The notes: a model not told the origin generated them from the sequence alone. A stretch of 63,230 bases of DNA, filler included, from Ministeria vibrans ATCC 50519 (GCA_943704425.1; 10 parts of 10 records of this genome joined end to end with filler, not necessarily neighbours in it); one strand, 5' to 3'. Counted from the first letter of the whole stretch, positions 51,277 through 63,230 are shown. Made by a program: numbers and translations.

Positions 51277-54200
51277 ATGCTTCTTCGAGCGGCAGTCGTC
51301 CTGCTACTTCTTGCCGGTCGCAGCAGGAGTGTCGAGGTTGCCTCGGTTGGCTCAAGTGGGCCTGACGACCGCGATCTGCTCGTGCGCGGCGAACAGATCA
51401 ACATTGTTGCGTCGCTCGTAGTGAACAACGTCACGCTTGAGGACCATATCCTTGCGTACGTGGCAACAGCGTATCCGTGTCTGTCGATGCCGTGCGAAAA
51501 CAACGGCGTTTGTTCCGTGGGTGCGTCGGGTGATGCGTTTTTGTGCAGTTGCGCGTCGGGATTTACGGGCGCGACGTGCGCCGTCTGGCTGGCACCGTGC
51601 GACAGCTCGCCGTGCGCCAATGGTGCAACGTGTACGCTGTCACCTGGTGGTGGCGGCGGTGGGTTTGCGTGCGAGTGTTCTGAAGAGTATTTTGGGGCGT
51701 TGTGCGCGGAGGAAGTGTCGTGCATGAGCTCACCCTGCGGCGGAGGGGCCACTTGCGTGCTGGCGGGGTCTGGGAGTGCGTTTACATGTGTGTGTCCTGT
51801 TGGTGCTACAGGCACGACGTGCGAGAAGATTGACGAGTGCGGGTCATCGCCGTGCCAGAATGGCGGAGTGTGCACTGACGGAGCGAGTGCGTTTGTGTGT
51901 TCGTGTGCGGCTGGTTTCACTGGCGCCGAGTGTGAGTTGGACGAGGACGAGTGCGGGTCGTCGCCGTGCCAGAATGGCGGAGTGTGCACCGACGGAGCGA
52001 GTGCGTTTGTGTGTTCGTGTGCGGCTGGTTTCACTGGCGCCGAGTGTGAGTCGGACGAGGACGAGTGCGGGTCGTCGCCGTGCCAGAATGGCGGAGTGTG
52101 CACCGACGGAACGAGTGCGTTTGTGTGTTCGTGTGCGGCTGGTTTCACTGGCGCCGAGTGTGAGTCGGACGAGGACGAGTGCGGGTCGTCGCCGTGCCGG
52201 AATGGCGGTGGGTGCATGGACGGTGTGAACGGATATCTTTGTTTGTGCGTCAGTGGGTACACGGGCACGCTGTGCGAAAGCGAGATTGACGAGTGTGCGT
52301 CGTCGCCGTGTGCGCATGGAGGATTGTGCGTTGACTTGGTGATTGGGTCAGTTCTGTGCGATTGTCCGGGGGGAACGTCCGGGTTGAGGTGCGAGACGGA
52401 CCTGGACGAGTGTTCGTCGTCACCGTGCGAGCATGGCGGAGTGTGCGAAGATTTGGTGTCTTCATTCTTATGTTCTTGTGCGAGCGGATACACCGGGACA
52501 GTGTGCGAGAGCAATGTTGACGAGTGTGCGTCGTCTCCATGCTCGAACGGAGGAGTGTGCGACGACTTTGTGGGTTCATTCTTATGTTCTTGTGCGAGCG
52601 GATACACGGGGACAGNNNNNNNNGCGAGAGCAATGTTGACGAGTGTGCGTCGTCTCCATGCTCGAACGGAGGAGTGTGCGACGACTTTGTGGGTTCATTC
52701 TTATGTTCTTGTGCGAGCGGATACACGGGGACAGTGTGCGAGAGCGACATTGACGAGTGCGCATCGTCGCCGTGTCAGAATGGCGGTGCGTGCAGTGACA
52801 CGATTGACGGATTTACGTGTTTGTGCGCGAGCGGATACACGGGAACAGTGTGCGAGAGCAATGTCGACGAGTGTGCGTCGTCTCCGTGCTCGAACGGAGG
52901 AGTGTGCGACGACTTTGTGGGTTCGTTTGGGTGCTCTTGTGCGAGCGGATACACGGGGACCGTGTGCGAGAGCGACATTGACGAGTGCGCATCGTCTCCG
53001 TGCCAAAATGGCGGTACGTGCAGCGACGCCATCAGCGGGTTTGTTTGTTTGTGCGCGAGCGGATACACGGGCACGGTGTGCGAGAGCGATATCGACGAGT
53101 GTGCGTCATCTCCGTGTGCACATGGGGGAGCCTGCCTTGGCTTGATTGGGTCATTTTTGTGCAAATGTCCGGCGGGAACGTCTGGGTTGAGGTGCGAGAC
53201 GAACTTTGATGAGTGTTTGTCGTCTCCATGTGCGCATGGAGGAGTGTGCGAAGATTTGGTGTCGTCATTCTTATGTTCTTGTGCGAGCGGATACACGGGG
53301 ACACTGTGCGAGAGCGAGATTAATGAGTGTGCATCGTCTCCGTGCCAGAATGCCGGTGCGTGCAGCGACGCTGTAAACAGATTTACATGTTCGTGCGCGA
53401 GCGGATACACGGGGACGCTGTGCGAGAGCGACATTGACGAGTGCGCGTCGTCTCCGTGCTCGAACGGAGGAGTGTGCGACGACTTTGTGGGTTCGTTTGG
53501 GTGCTCTTGTGCGAGTGGATACACGGGCACAGTGTGCGAGAACAATATTGACGAGTGCGCATCGTCGCCGTGTCAGAATGGCGGTGGGTGTCTCGACACG
53601 ATCGACGGATTTACGTGTTCGTGTGTGAGCGGATTCACGGGCACAGTGTGCGACAGTGATGTTGATGAGTGTGCATCGTCTCCCTGTCAGAATGGCGGTG
53701 GGTGTCTCGACACGATCGACGGATTTACGTGTTTGTGCGTGAGCGGATTCACGGGCACAGTGTGCGAGAGCGACATTGACGAGTGTGCGTCGACTCCGTG
53801 CCAGAATGGCGGACAATGCGTTGATGGTCTTGGGCAGGTGGTGTGCGAGTGTGGGGGGACGGGATTTGTGGGGAGCACGTGCAACGAGCCTGATGTGTGT
53901 GTGTCTTCACCTTGCCAGAATGGAGGAGAGTGTGTCAACCAGTTTCCTGCCGGACTGGTGTGTGACTGTCAGCAGACAGGTTACACTGGACTGCGTTGCG
54001 AGACTGAGATTGATGAGTGTGCCTCGAGTCCGTGTGTGAATGAAGGCACGTGTGTGAATGGCGTGCTGAGCTATTCGTGTTTGTGTCTGCCAGCATTCAA
54101 TGGGACCAACTGCGAGGAGTATCCGCTCTATCCACGTGTGTTTCACTCACTCTCGAACAACAATACGCGCGCTGATGACCTGGTGATTCTTGGGTCACAT

Positions 54201-56079
54201 GTGTATCTTGTGGGCAGCGCAGAAGGCCCAGTGAATGGTGCGATCGGGAATGGGGACCTCGACATTTTGGTGGTGAAAATTGACATTGCAACGGGAGTTG
54301 AAGTGTGGACACGACTGATCGGGAGTGCGCATCGTGACGAGGCATTTGGGGCAGTGGGAATTGAGCCTGATCAACTCTTTGTCGTTGGTCTGACGTACGG
54401 GAGTCTTGCTGGCCCCATTGCAGAATTGACTTTGTCCAATCCAGTCCGTCTGAAAAACATGCTTAACAATAGCCCCATGATTAATAATTGTTCTCTTATT
54501 TGTGCGTAGTTGATTTTGCAAGTGAAACCGAGCGATGGTTCACTTGTCTGGTTTGACGAATCAGGTTCCTCCGACGGTTCTGATCGTTATGTGTCTCTTG
54601 TTGCGACTTCAACTCCCGTATTGGTTGTTATGGTATGATAGAGAGAAAGAAGGAAACAGAGAAAGAGAGAGAGAAAGAGAGAAAGAAGGAAAGAGAGAAA
54701 GAAAGAAAGAAAGAGAGAAAGAGAGAAAGAGAGAAGGAGAGAAAGAGAGAAAAAAAAAAGAAATTAGAGAGAATCAAATTGAAAGAGAAAGGAGAAGCAA
54801 AGTGAGAGAGAAACTCAAGCATTTTTTATTTTCCAATTATTATTAGGGCTGGAGCACCACCGCCGCCACTCCCTCTTCAGACCTTATCGATCCTTCTTCC
54901 TCCCTGACCAATTCCTTTCACACGGTGGGCACGACTATTACCCATTTTACGCCCAACGGCACTCGCCTTCTCTCTCCTTGGATGCTCTGGACGGCGCAAA
55001 CATCGGACACATATTGCAAAGGTGAGATGGATGTGGATGTATGTATGTTTGTATATATGTGTATTGTGTGAAGAGGGAGAAAGAAACAAGGAAATTGACA
55101 AAAAGATTGTGTTTGACTGGTCTCTCGCGAGTTTTAGGCGCCAGTGTGTCGTATGACGATCAAATTGATCGTGTGCTTCTCGCTGGAAACTTTTTGGGAG
55201 ATTTAGAGTTGAAAGAAGCCGATTCGCAGACTGCATTTTACACATCGTTTGATCCACTGCTCATCAACTCGTTTGATAGCATTAGCGTATCGCCGTTCAT
55301 CAGGGGAGCGAGTACGAACAACAAAAAATGAATTAACAATAATAATTAATTCGTATTATTACTTTGCCTCCGTCCTCTCAGCGGAAGTGACCAGCTCCGT
55401 TTCAAACGGCACTCACTGGTACATTGCTGGCTTTACCTTTGGCATGCTTGGCTCGTCTGATAGCGATGTTTTCCAGCCGAACGATCACGAAGAAGCCAGG
55501 TTTCTCATTCAAGTCCCGCATACTAGTGAGATTGACACATTCATATTCAATTCATTCAGTATGTTCATCCTTTATTGTTTGTTTTTTTGTTTGTTTTGCC
55601 GAGCAGCTACTCAGGGGACTATTGCGCGACTGGAGCCAGGAAGTGTCTTTCGCGATGCCATAGACCGCATTGCCGTTGCCAATGACCAGGTGGTTGTTGC
55701 CGCAGAGTTTTCGAGCAGTTTTGCCCTTGTGCAGACCTTGTCCGTTGAAGAAAGAGATTTGGATGGGTTTCCTCCTTGGTCGTTCTACCCCGACGAAACA
55801 ACTGTAGCTACGGAGCTCCCCATTCCTAGCGCAGCTCAAGTGCTTCCATTTGTACATCCGGATTATGTCACTCATCCACCACAGCCAACGACAGGCATGG
55901 CCCATCTTGACACAACTCAGCCGCAATTTGCACACTTGCATCGCGAGGGCACACATGCACTCATGGTCTGTACCACTGTGCCCCTTGTCAACCCGTTTGG
56001 TCTTCAACATGTACCAACTGTCACTACCAATGCTCTTCTCACGGTTGCCTATTCTCCGTTTCTCGTACCAAACTTGTAA
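51277..56079 (+). CDS. Secreted EGF array (about 22 repeats) plus SBBP-like propeller protein, paralog B
   Basis: Signal peptide MLLRAAVVLLLLAG, an intronless EGF array (the frame break at N gap 52616 is artefactual), GDLDILVVKIDIATGVEVWTRLIGSAHRDEAFGAVG..LFVVGLTYGSLAG, and an exon layout parallel to paralog A. Stop at 56079. Confidence 0.85.
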
Positions 56080-56274
56080 TATAAGAAAAGTGCAACAATA
56101 ATAATATTATTGTTATTAAATGTTAAGAGTCAAATCGACAACGGACATTTTTGCTTTTGAATCGCCCCTTAAACCCGCAATAAAATGTTTTGGCTGTGGC
56201 ACATTAGTTGAAGAAGAAACTTTGGTCTGTGTCGAATTGATTCTATATCAAAGTTACAGAGATTTAAGTGAGAA

Positions 56275-56363
<89 letters not shown>

Positions 56364-56763
56364 NNNNNNNNNNNNNNNNNNNNNNNNNNNNNNNNNNNNN
56401 NNNNNNNTTAATTAATTAANNNNNNNNNNNNNNNNNNNNNNNNNNNNNNNNNNNNNNNNNNNNTGAGATGAGATCGAAGAGAGAGAGAGAGAGAGCAAAA
56501 AAGAGAGCAAGAAACAAAGTAATAGAGAGAGAGAGAAAGAGCAAGAAACAAAGTAATAGAGAGAGAGAGAGAGAAAGAGCAAGGAAGAAAGTGATAGAGA
56601 GAAACAAAGTGATAGAGAGAAAAACAAAGTGATAGAGAGTGAGAGAGAGAGAGAAAGAGTGAGAGAGTGAGTGAGTGAGTGAGTGTGTGTGAGTGGAGAA
56701 GAAAGAAGACGTAACACCAACACCAAAAGAGTTTAAAAAAAGTGTTCTGACTCTGTTCTGACC

Positions 56764-57697
56764 TGATTTGTGACTTTGATAAAGAGTGACGTGAGTCGTT
56801 CGGGAGTGTTGTAGTAGCGTGAGATGCTGTAAATCATGCGGATGGCATTAAGCAGCCCTGGAAGCGACTCAAGCATTGCTGCTGGAGACGATTTGTACAG
56901 TGGCTCACAGAACTGTGAAAGAGATGACGAGAAAAATTAGAATGTGTGCAGCTCGATTTTCATTGATTGACTGATCATGGAGTGTGTTTCGAGTATGCGT
57001 ACTTTTTCGAGAGTGTAAAGATAGCGGACGTTATCACGGGCCTCATTGGCTGCAACTGTAATTTTTGTGTCCAGTTCTTTCCACTGACGCAACAAGCGCG
57101 ACTTGGCAGCATTCAAAATGCCTAAATAGAATGAGGCATAATAATTATTATTTTAATTATTATAGTTTAACAATTAATCGTTGAATTCTGTAAACTGACC
57201 AATGACCGCTTTGCACTGGGGACTCTTGATCTGATCGAGGAGTGCATTGAACTTAGCCATGCGATGCAACCAGTGCGTGTTCTCCGCTCGTGGTCCCACA
57301 TCGTCTGCTTCGCGTCGCATCTGCTCACTCTCCGCCAAAACCTATAACAAATAATAATAATAATAAGAATAATCATACAACCCATTTATTAATGATACAG
57401 TCACCACGCGATAATAATAATAATAATAAAAACGATAATAAATTATAATGATTATTATTATTATTATGTGATTATGGATCCTAATCAATCAAAACGCGCG
57501 TATTTTATGATGACCTGTTCGACTTGACGGCACCACTGTGCCACGACATCCTCACAAGCATCAACTGTCTCAGGGTCGTTTGCAGCCGAGGCGTAGTCTG
57601 AAGGGGAGCAGATAGTGTCCAGTTCAAGTGAGCCATCGGAGGGAATGCTCAAGCGCACTGCGTCGGAGACGTTCATTCGCGCATTCCCAAGGACTAG
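56764..57697 (-). CDS. Axonemal outer-arm dynein heavy chain (DNAH5/8-like), DHC_N1 fragment
   Basis: WCRQVEQ|[59 protein letters not shown]|FCEPLY and [31 protein letters not shown]. Confidence 0.92.
57375..57410 (-). mobile_element. 35-bp terminal fragment of the dispersed element inside a dynein intron
   Basis: atacaacccatttattaatgatacagtcaccacgcg, flanked on both sides by (AAT)n. Confidence 0.85.
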
Positions 57698-57704
57698 TGA
57701 CACG

Positions 57705-57813
<109 letters not shown>

Positions 57814-57913
57814 NNNNNNNNNNNNNNNNNNNNNNNNNNNNNNNNNNNNNNNNNNNNTTAATTAATTAANNNNNNNNNNNNNNNNNNNNNNNNNNNNNNN
57901 NNNNNNNNNNNNN

Positions 57914-58176
57914 CAATGCCAACGACGTCGTGGTGGTGGACGGAGGCTGCGGGTCGACCCGACTCAATAAAATAATTGAATATTTTTTACGACGACGAAG
58001 CATGCCAATGACACCGGCAAGACAAGCGGGCGTGTATCTCACTCTTGCGTACCTGACGTCGGGGTGTCAGTCTCAGACGTTGGGTCGTCCTCAGTGTCTG
58101 ACTCTTCAAGCATCTTGCGTAGTTTCTCCTCCTGCTCCTCAGAGCTCAGGATCTCGCCATCTTTGGTGGGACGCAT
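57914..58176 (-). CDS. 5' fragment of an unknown gene divergent from the phosphatase
   Basis: MRPTKDGEILSSEEQEEKLRKMLEESDTEDD followed by a GT donor; truncated by the contig end. Confidence 0.35.
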
Positions 58177-58534
58177 TTGTATACGAAATGGAATTGGGTT
58201 GGTGTGGGAGGGAGGTGAAGAAAAAAAAAGTGTTCTACTTTGAACTTTCAATTTTCAAGTCAAAGTAAAATCTCAGTCGGGAGTCGGCTGTCGTTTAATT
58301 TTTTTTTCGTCTCGTTGATTTTTTATTATTTCACCGACAAAATCCATAAGACTGAACGGCAACTCGTCACTTGTTAGTTTTTATTCTTATTTACTTGATT
58401 GACCTCTCTCAGTGCCTGTCAGTTTGCGCTTGCGAGTGACTACAGTCCTTTCTCATTACTGAATAATATTAAAAGTTCGTTTTGCGTTGCACATTTGCCA
58501 GACACACAACTGACCTCTGAAACACAGCACGACC

Positions 58535-60205
58535 ATGATTCCGGAGCCCGTTGAAGAATTTAGCTGTTCGGACTTTGGTAGGCAGGCGAGTAGAGTGGAG
58601 TGGAGTGCAAGTGTGAGAGAGACCAGTCGAGAAAATGATTATCGGGACGAATAAGAATTCCGCGCTCGACCCTGCTCTGACTCTCTGCTCCTCTTTTGAC
58701 TCTTCGCTTTTGACTTTCGTCTCGCTCCAGATGCAATGTATTCAAAGGCCTCCAACAAGGGACAGCTGTCAGCCAGAGAGATAGTGCATCTGTGCGAGGG
58801 GGTAAAGTCCCTGTTGATTATGGAGACGAACATTCCCAACGTCGACGCTCCTGTCACAATCTGCGGCGACCTGCATGGGCAGTTTTACGACTTTCAGCAG
58901 AAGATTCTTGTGAAGGGGAACTGTGACACATTTGACTTGGTACGGTGTTATAATTATTATTTTTAAAAACAATACGTTATTCTCTTGTTTCATGTACCCA
59001 TTAGTAATAATTATTGTTTCAACATACATTAACTTTTAAGGCTTATTTCTTTGCAATTTTCTTATAATAAACATAGTTTATTTATCGTATTAGTTGGAAA
59101 TACCTTTTTAATGTTGTTTTTTTGTTTCGATAGGGCCCGGGGAATTGGCTGTTCCTTGGAGATTACGTTGATCGTGGATATTACTCCGTCGAAACAGTTG
59201 TGTTGTTGCTACTCTTAAAGGTAATAGTTATACGACTCTTCATATTATAATAATTGTTAAGGTCATAACGTGTCTCTCACTAATGAGTACCGCAACATAG
59301 ATGCGTCACCCTAACCGTGTCACAATTCTTCGTGGCAACCATGAATGTCGTCAGGTCTCACAGACGTATGGTTTTTACGACCAGGTTCTGCGGGACTACG
59401 GCTCGGCACTTGTCTGGCGCTCTCTCACCGATCTTTTTGACTACTTGCCAATTGCTGCACTTGTCGCGGACCAAGTAATACCAAAATATTGCAATAATAT
59501 ATAATAATAATTATTATTATAATAATATGACGTGTCTTCTCATCTATACATCTTTCATGTAGATTTATTGTCTTCACGGAGGTCTCTCACCAGCACTTCC
59601 CACCCTTGATGGTGTTCGTGCGCTTGATCGCATTCAGGTAACCAAACAAGCTAAAGGCCAAAAAAAAGACAATAATATATGATGTGATGCAAAACTCACA
59701 TTTCGCTCCCCCTCTTCTCTCCTTTCTCCCTTACCTCCACCACCACTGCTCTATCATTTGTTGGGTAGGAAATTCCACACGAAGGAGCACTGTGTGATGT
59801 CATGTGGGCAGATCCGGACGAGCGAGTGGGATTTAATGTTTCGCCGCGCAATGCTGGTTACACGTTTGGTGAGGACGTGACGGAAAAGTTCATCTACGAC
59901 AATGGACTCGCGACCATTGCGCGCGCTCACCAGCTGGTAATGGCAGGCTATAATTGGACACACAAAAATCAAGTGTTGACAATTTTCTCGGCACCCAACT
60001 ACTGTTACCGCTGTGGAAATGAGGGAGGTGCGGATAAAAGATGGAGGGATCGGAGCTGAATTGTTGATTAATGCCTTTTGCTTGATTTTTAGCCAAAGTG
60101 CAACTTGACGCTTCGCTCAACCCAGATTACCTCAATTTCAGCGCTGTTCCTACACAGGATCGAAAAGTGCCTCAAACTATTATGACAAGTCAGTACTTCC
60201 TGTAG
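58535..60205 (+). CDS. Divergent PP2A-type Ser/Thr phosphatase catalytic subunit (7 exons)
   Basis: [61 protein letters not shown] and C-terminal YFL*. Confidence 0.93.
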
Positions 60206-60312
60206 CATTATGAAAAAGAATTTTTTAATTACATTGTAAGAAAATTGAGCGTGAAACAACATGATAATAATTAGTAAACGGAGGGAATAATTAGTAAACG
60301 GAGGGGGGGGGC

Positions 60313-60708
60313 TTAAGCACCGTCATCTGTGCTTTCCATAGGCAGGGATGCAAGAGTTTCTCGAATTTTGGCAATGTGAGGGTGTGTGGGAGGGAGAGAA
60401 ATGGTGAAGATGCGGTCTGCTCGCAAGAAGAACTCACGCGCTTTGACAAAGTCATTTTGGGCTTGGTACAGATACCCAATATTAAAACACGTTTCACCGG
60501 TGGATGAGTGGTCGAGACCAAGTGACTTCTGACGGATGGTCAGCGCACGCTCATAGTACTCAAGAGCACGACTGTTGTCTCCTTGTGCCTTGAACACACC
60601 AGCCATGTTGTTCAATGTCTGGCCTGTGGATGAGTGATCGAGACCAACAGACTTCTCATAGATGATCAGAGCACGCTCATAGTACTCAAGAGCACGACTG
60701 TATTCTCC
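60313..60708 (-). CDS. 3' end of a 42-aa TPR-repeat (KLC/nephrocystin-3-type) protein
   Basis: RALEYYERAL.I..KS.GLDHSSTG.T..N repeated, ending LPPTHPHI. 5' truncated. Confidence 0.85.
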   Translation of the reverse strand, partial: GEYSRALEYYERALIIYEKSVGLDHSSTGQTLNNMAGVFKAQGDNSRALEYYERALTIRQKSLGLDHSSTGETCFNIGYLYQAQNDFVKAREFFLRADRIFTISLPPTHPHIAKIRETLASLPMESTDDGA

Positions 60709-60871
60709 NNNNNNNNNNNNNNNNNNNNNNNNNNNNNNNNNNNNNNNNNNNNTTAATTAATTAANNNNNNNNNNNNNNNNNNNNNNNNNNNNNNNNNNNN
60801 NNNNNNNNGGCAGAGACGGAGACGGCGGCAAAGAGAGGGAGAGGAATTTATATTTTATATTATTAATAATA

Positions 60872-60908
<37 letters not shown>

Positions 60909-60925
60909 ATGACTTCTACGTTTAG

Positions 60926-62317
60926 AACGTTGTGGACATGTCATTTATGTTTTCTTCCGCGGCAGTATTCAACTCTGAGCTCTTTTTCAACACTTCTGTA
61001 TGGCATACTCGCAGTAATTTTTTTTCATCTCGGTGTGGTTGTTAGAGTTGAAAAACCATGTTTCAACCAGAACTTAATGATAACCCATACCCTTTTTCTA
61101 TTATTATGTATTATTGACATTCATTGAGATTGAACTGTCGTTCGTCTTTGTAGAAAACTACAACAATGTCGCGCATGTTCCAGCTCTGTCCTCGTTTTAA
61201 TCAACCCCTCTTATTTGACACTACTGTAAGATCTGGATTGTTGTATGGGTGATAGAAAAAGTCCTTTCATGATCATTCCTCTTTACTGTAAAGCGAGTGA
61301 CGGATATGGCTTACATGTTTTACTCTGCCTCGACGTTCAACCAGCAGCTGAACTTTAAAACTGAAGTATGAAAAACAATTATACTTCTTCTTTATTATTA
61401 ATAATACTCATCATTGTAGCAAGTCACGGATATGTCCTTCATGTTTCATTCTGCGTCGTCTTACAACATGCCAATCGTGTTCAATTCGTCGGTGAGAAAT
61501 ATGTCTTATGATTCTTTGGCAGGGCTCAAATCTGAGAATGGATGGCATATTTCTAGAGTGTGTTGACGACAACGCACATGTTTTTCGCTGCAAGCCAGTT
61601 CAATTCACCTCTTTCACTTGACACTCGAGTAAGTATCTTTCATTGGTGTGCATGTACATACGAATAATAATAATGACATTAAATATTATTATTAATTTAT
61701 AATTTTAATTAATTAATTAATAATAATAGTTATTATTATTATTATTATTATTATTTTTCATTCCAAATATATTCTTGGTTGTTGTACCTAGAGCGTCACT
61801 GACATGTCGCGGATGTTTCAATCTGCCCTGAAGTTCAACCAGCCTTGTAACTTCGATACTTCCGTAAGAATAATATTTAGAAGAAGAGATAGCTATAAAA
61901 AAACTGTGAAACTTAATAATTATTCGTTTCACAGTTTTTTTTGGTACTAATGAAAATAATTATTTTCAAATAATTAGAGTGTGGGTAACTTTGACTATAT
62001 GTTCTGGGAAGCGCAAGATTTCAATCAGCCTCTGCTATGGAACACATCAGTACGCTTCTTGTCTGAGAAGAACATCGGGATTAATTTTTATTTATACGTG
62101 CTTAGCAAGCCGTGACAATGGTGTCGATGTTTTTCGTCGCTAGCTCTTTCAATCAAGAGTGAGAAAAATCTATATCGAAAAAGAATTGTATTGAAAATCC
62201 CTCTTTCATAGTTTGAGTGGCTGGTGTGTTAGTTCGATCCCTACGCAACCAAGCGGTTTTGACAGCTCAGCCTCTGCCTGGAGTCTGCCACGTCCTGTTT
62301 GGGGAACGTGCCCCTAA
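60926..62317 (+). CDS. DUF285/BspA-type surface-repeat protein, one 24-aa repeat per 72-nt exon (5' truncated)
   Basis: Exons 60926-60997, 61154-61225, 61294-61365, 61420-61491, 61557-61628, 61792-61863 and 61978-62049 are each AG|72 nt|GT with consensus .VTDM..MF.SA..FNQPL.F.T. Then 62106-62158 and 62212-62317 end QDLSGWCVSSIPTQPSGFD...PVWGTCP*. Confidence 0.88.
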
Positions 62318-62816
62318 CAACGAAAGAAGAGTGTACGGACTTTCCTTCATAAAGCTCTTTTTCTTCTCCTAAAACCATAATGAGTACTTATATACGGAGT
62401 AATGAGACTCACGACTACCCGTCACCCGACACATGAACTATATTGTATTCAGACGTTTTACACATACTCAAGCAGCTAATGAGGTCCGCTCGGAATACAT
62501 CGCAATCCTCTTCAAAGCAACAAACACAAAACACATAATAGAGGATACTACAAAGTACAAGCAACACCAATGAACAAACACCAATACAAATGCACACTAG
62601 CAAAGACAAAACATAGCAACAAACAATAAAGACACGAACACACAAGACAAAAACTTCACAAAAACGAAACACAAAGTCACACAACAAATTAGAACACACA
62701 CAACATACATAGCACGCGCCCAAAGCCAAAAGGACATACATCGAAGCTCAAATAGACTCATGACTACCCGTAACCATAAGTAAATCACAGCCAACTGAGT
62801 CAACAATAACCATATC

Positions 62817-63090
62817 AAGAAGAAGAAGAATACAACCCTCCTGCAACCCATTTATTAATGATACAGTCACCACGCGAAGACACAGCCAGACCGCCTTGCA
62901 AACTCAAGTACTCAACCGATGAACTGAAACTTTAGAGGTATCAGGTAACATGGGAGAACAGTGGCAGGTCGACAGGTCAGAGTGCTGTGTCGTCGCTATG
63001 CAATCGCAATGGTACTCCATACCCCCAGTGAGGGCTTAGGGCTCTGACACAAAATAGAGAAAAGAGAGCTGTACTCAATGTCAAAACCAA
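62817..63090 (-). mobile_element. Longest, mutated copy of the dispersed repeat family
   Basis: (aag)n tacaaccc..caacccatttattaatgatacagtcacc...agggcttagggctctgaca..gagagctgtactcaatgtcaaaacc, with small internal duplications. Confidence 0.9.
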
Positions 63091-63122
63091 GACAATACAC
63101 AGAACAGCAGTACAATACTTCC

Positions 63123-63230
<108 letters not shown>

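Noticed and set aside
52503-52735. Apparent frameshift or pseudogenisation and a duplicated EGF in paralog B
   Set aside because: The frame change coincides with an N gap flanked by identical sequence, so it is an assembly artefact.
51234-53545. Long antisense His/Pro-rich ORFs over the EGF arrays
   Set aside because: Shadow frames of repetitive Cys/Gly codons.
60926-62049. CRISPR-like regular spacing
   Set aside because: The units are protein-coding exons bounded by AG/GT and are not identical DNA repeats; no cas genes are present.
62415-62851. Cys/Val-rich minus-strand ORFs
   Set aside because: Low-complexity AC-rich DNA with no motif or splice support.

Overview
Eukaryotic, intron-rich genomic DNA from a draft assembly. 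It is at least 10 separate contigs joined by artificial N44-TTAATTAATTAA-N44 linkers (about 12.8, 14.9, 42.7, 44.0, 46.3, 48.1, 56.4, 57.9 and 60.8 kb), so neighbours across linkers are not truly linked. Gene content suggests a flagellated unicellular opisthokont, probably a holozoan (inference): DNA polymerase gamma, a PKD-type kinase, animal-like Sin3, MCDD-type actin, MEA1, a Bub2/Cdc16 GAP, an outer-arm dynein heavy chain and a TTLL6/13 glutamylase. About 28 whole or partial genes were reconstructed by hand with GT-AG introns. The window also holds a 1.1-kb hAT-like element, about 9 copies of a dispersed element that mostly share one fixed end, many (GA)n/(TAA)n/(CA)n tracts and a probable telomere. 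The most notable features are: (i) a bacterial-type DUF285/BspA surface-repeat gene in which seven consecutive 72-nt phase-0 exons each encode one 24-aa repeat; (ii) two tandem EGF-stalk plus SBBP-like propeller genes with near-identical stalks and divergent heads; (iii) a polyubiquitin gene with the same three intron positions repeated per unit; (iv) a Ycf45/SpoIIIAA ATPase with a possible N-terminal LOTUS-like domain in place of R3H; (v) an intron-containing prokaryote-type threonine synthase. All family calls come from motif recognition by eye; no searches were run.
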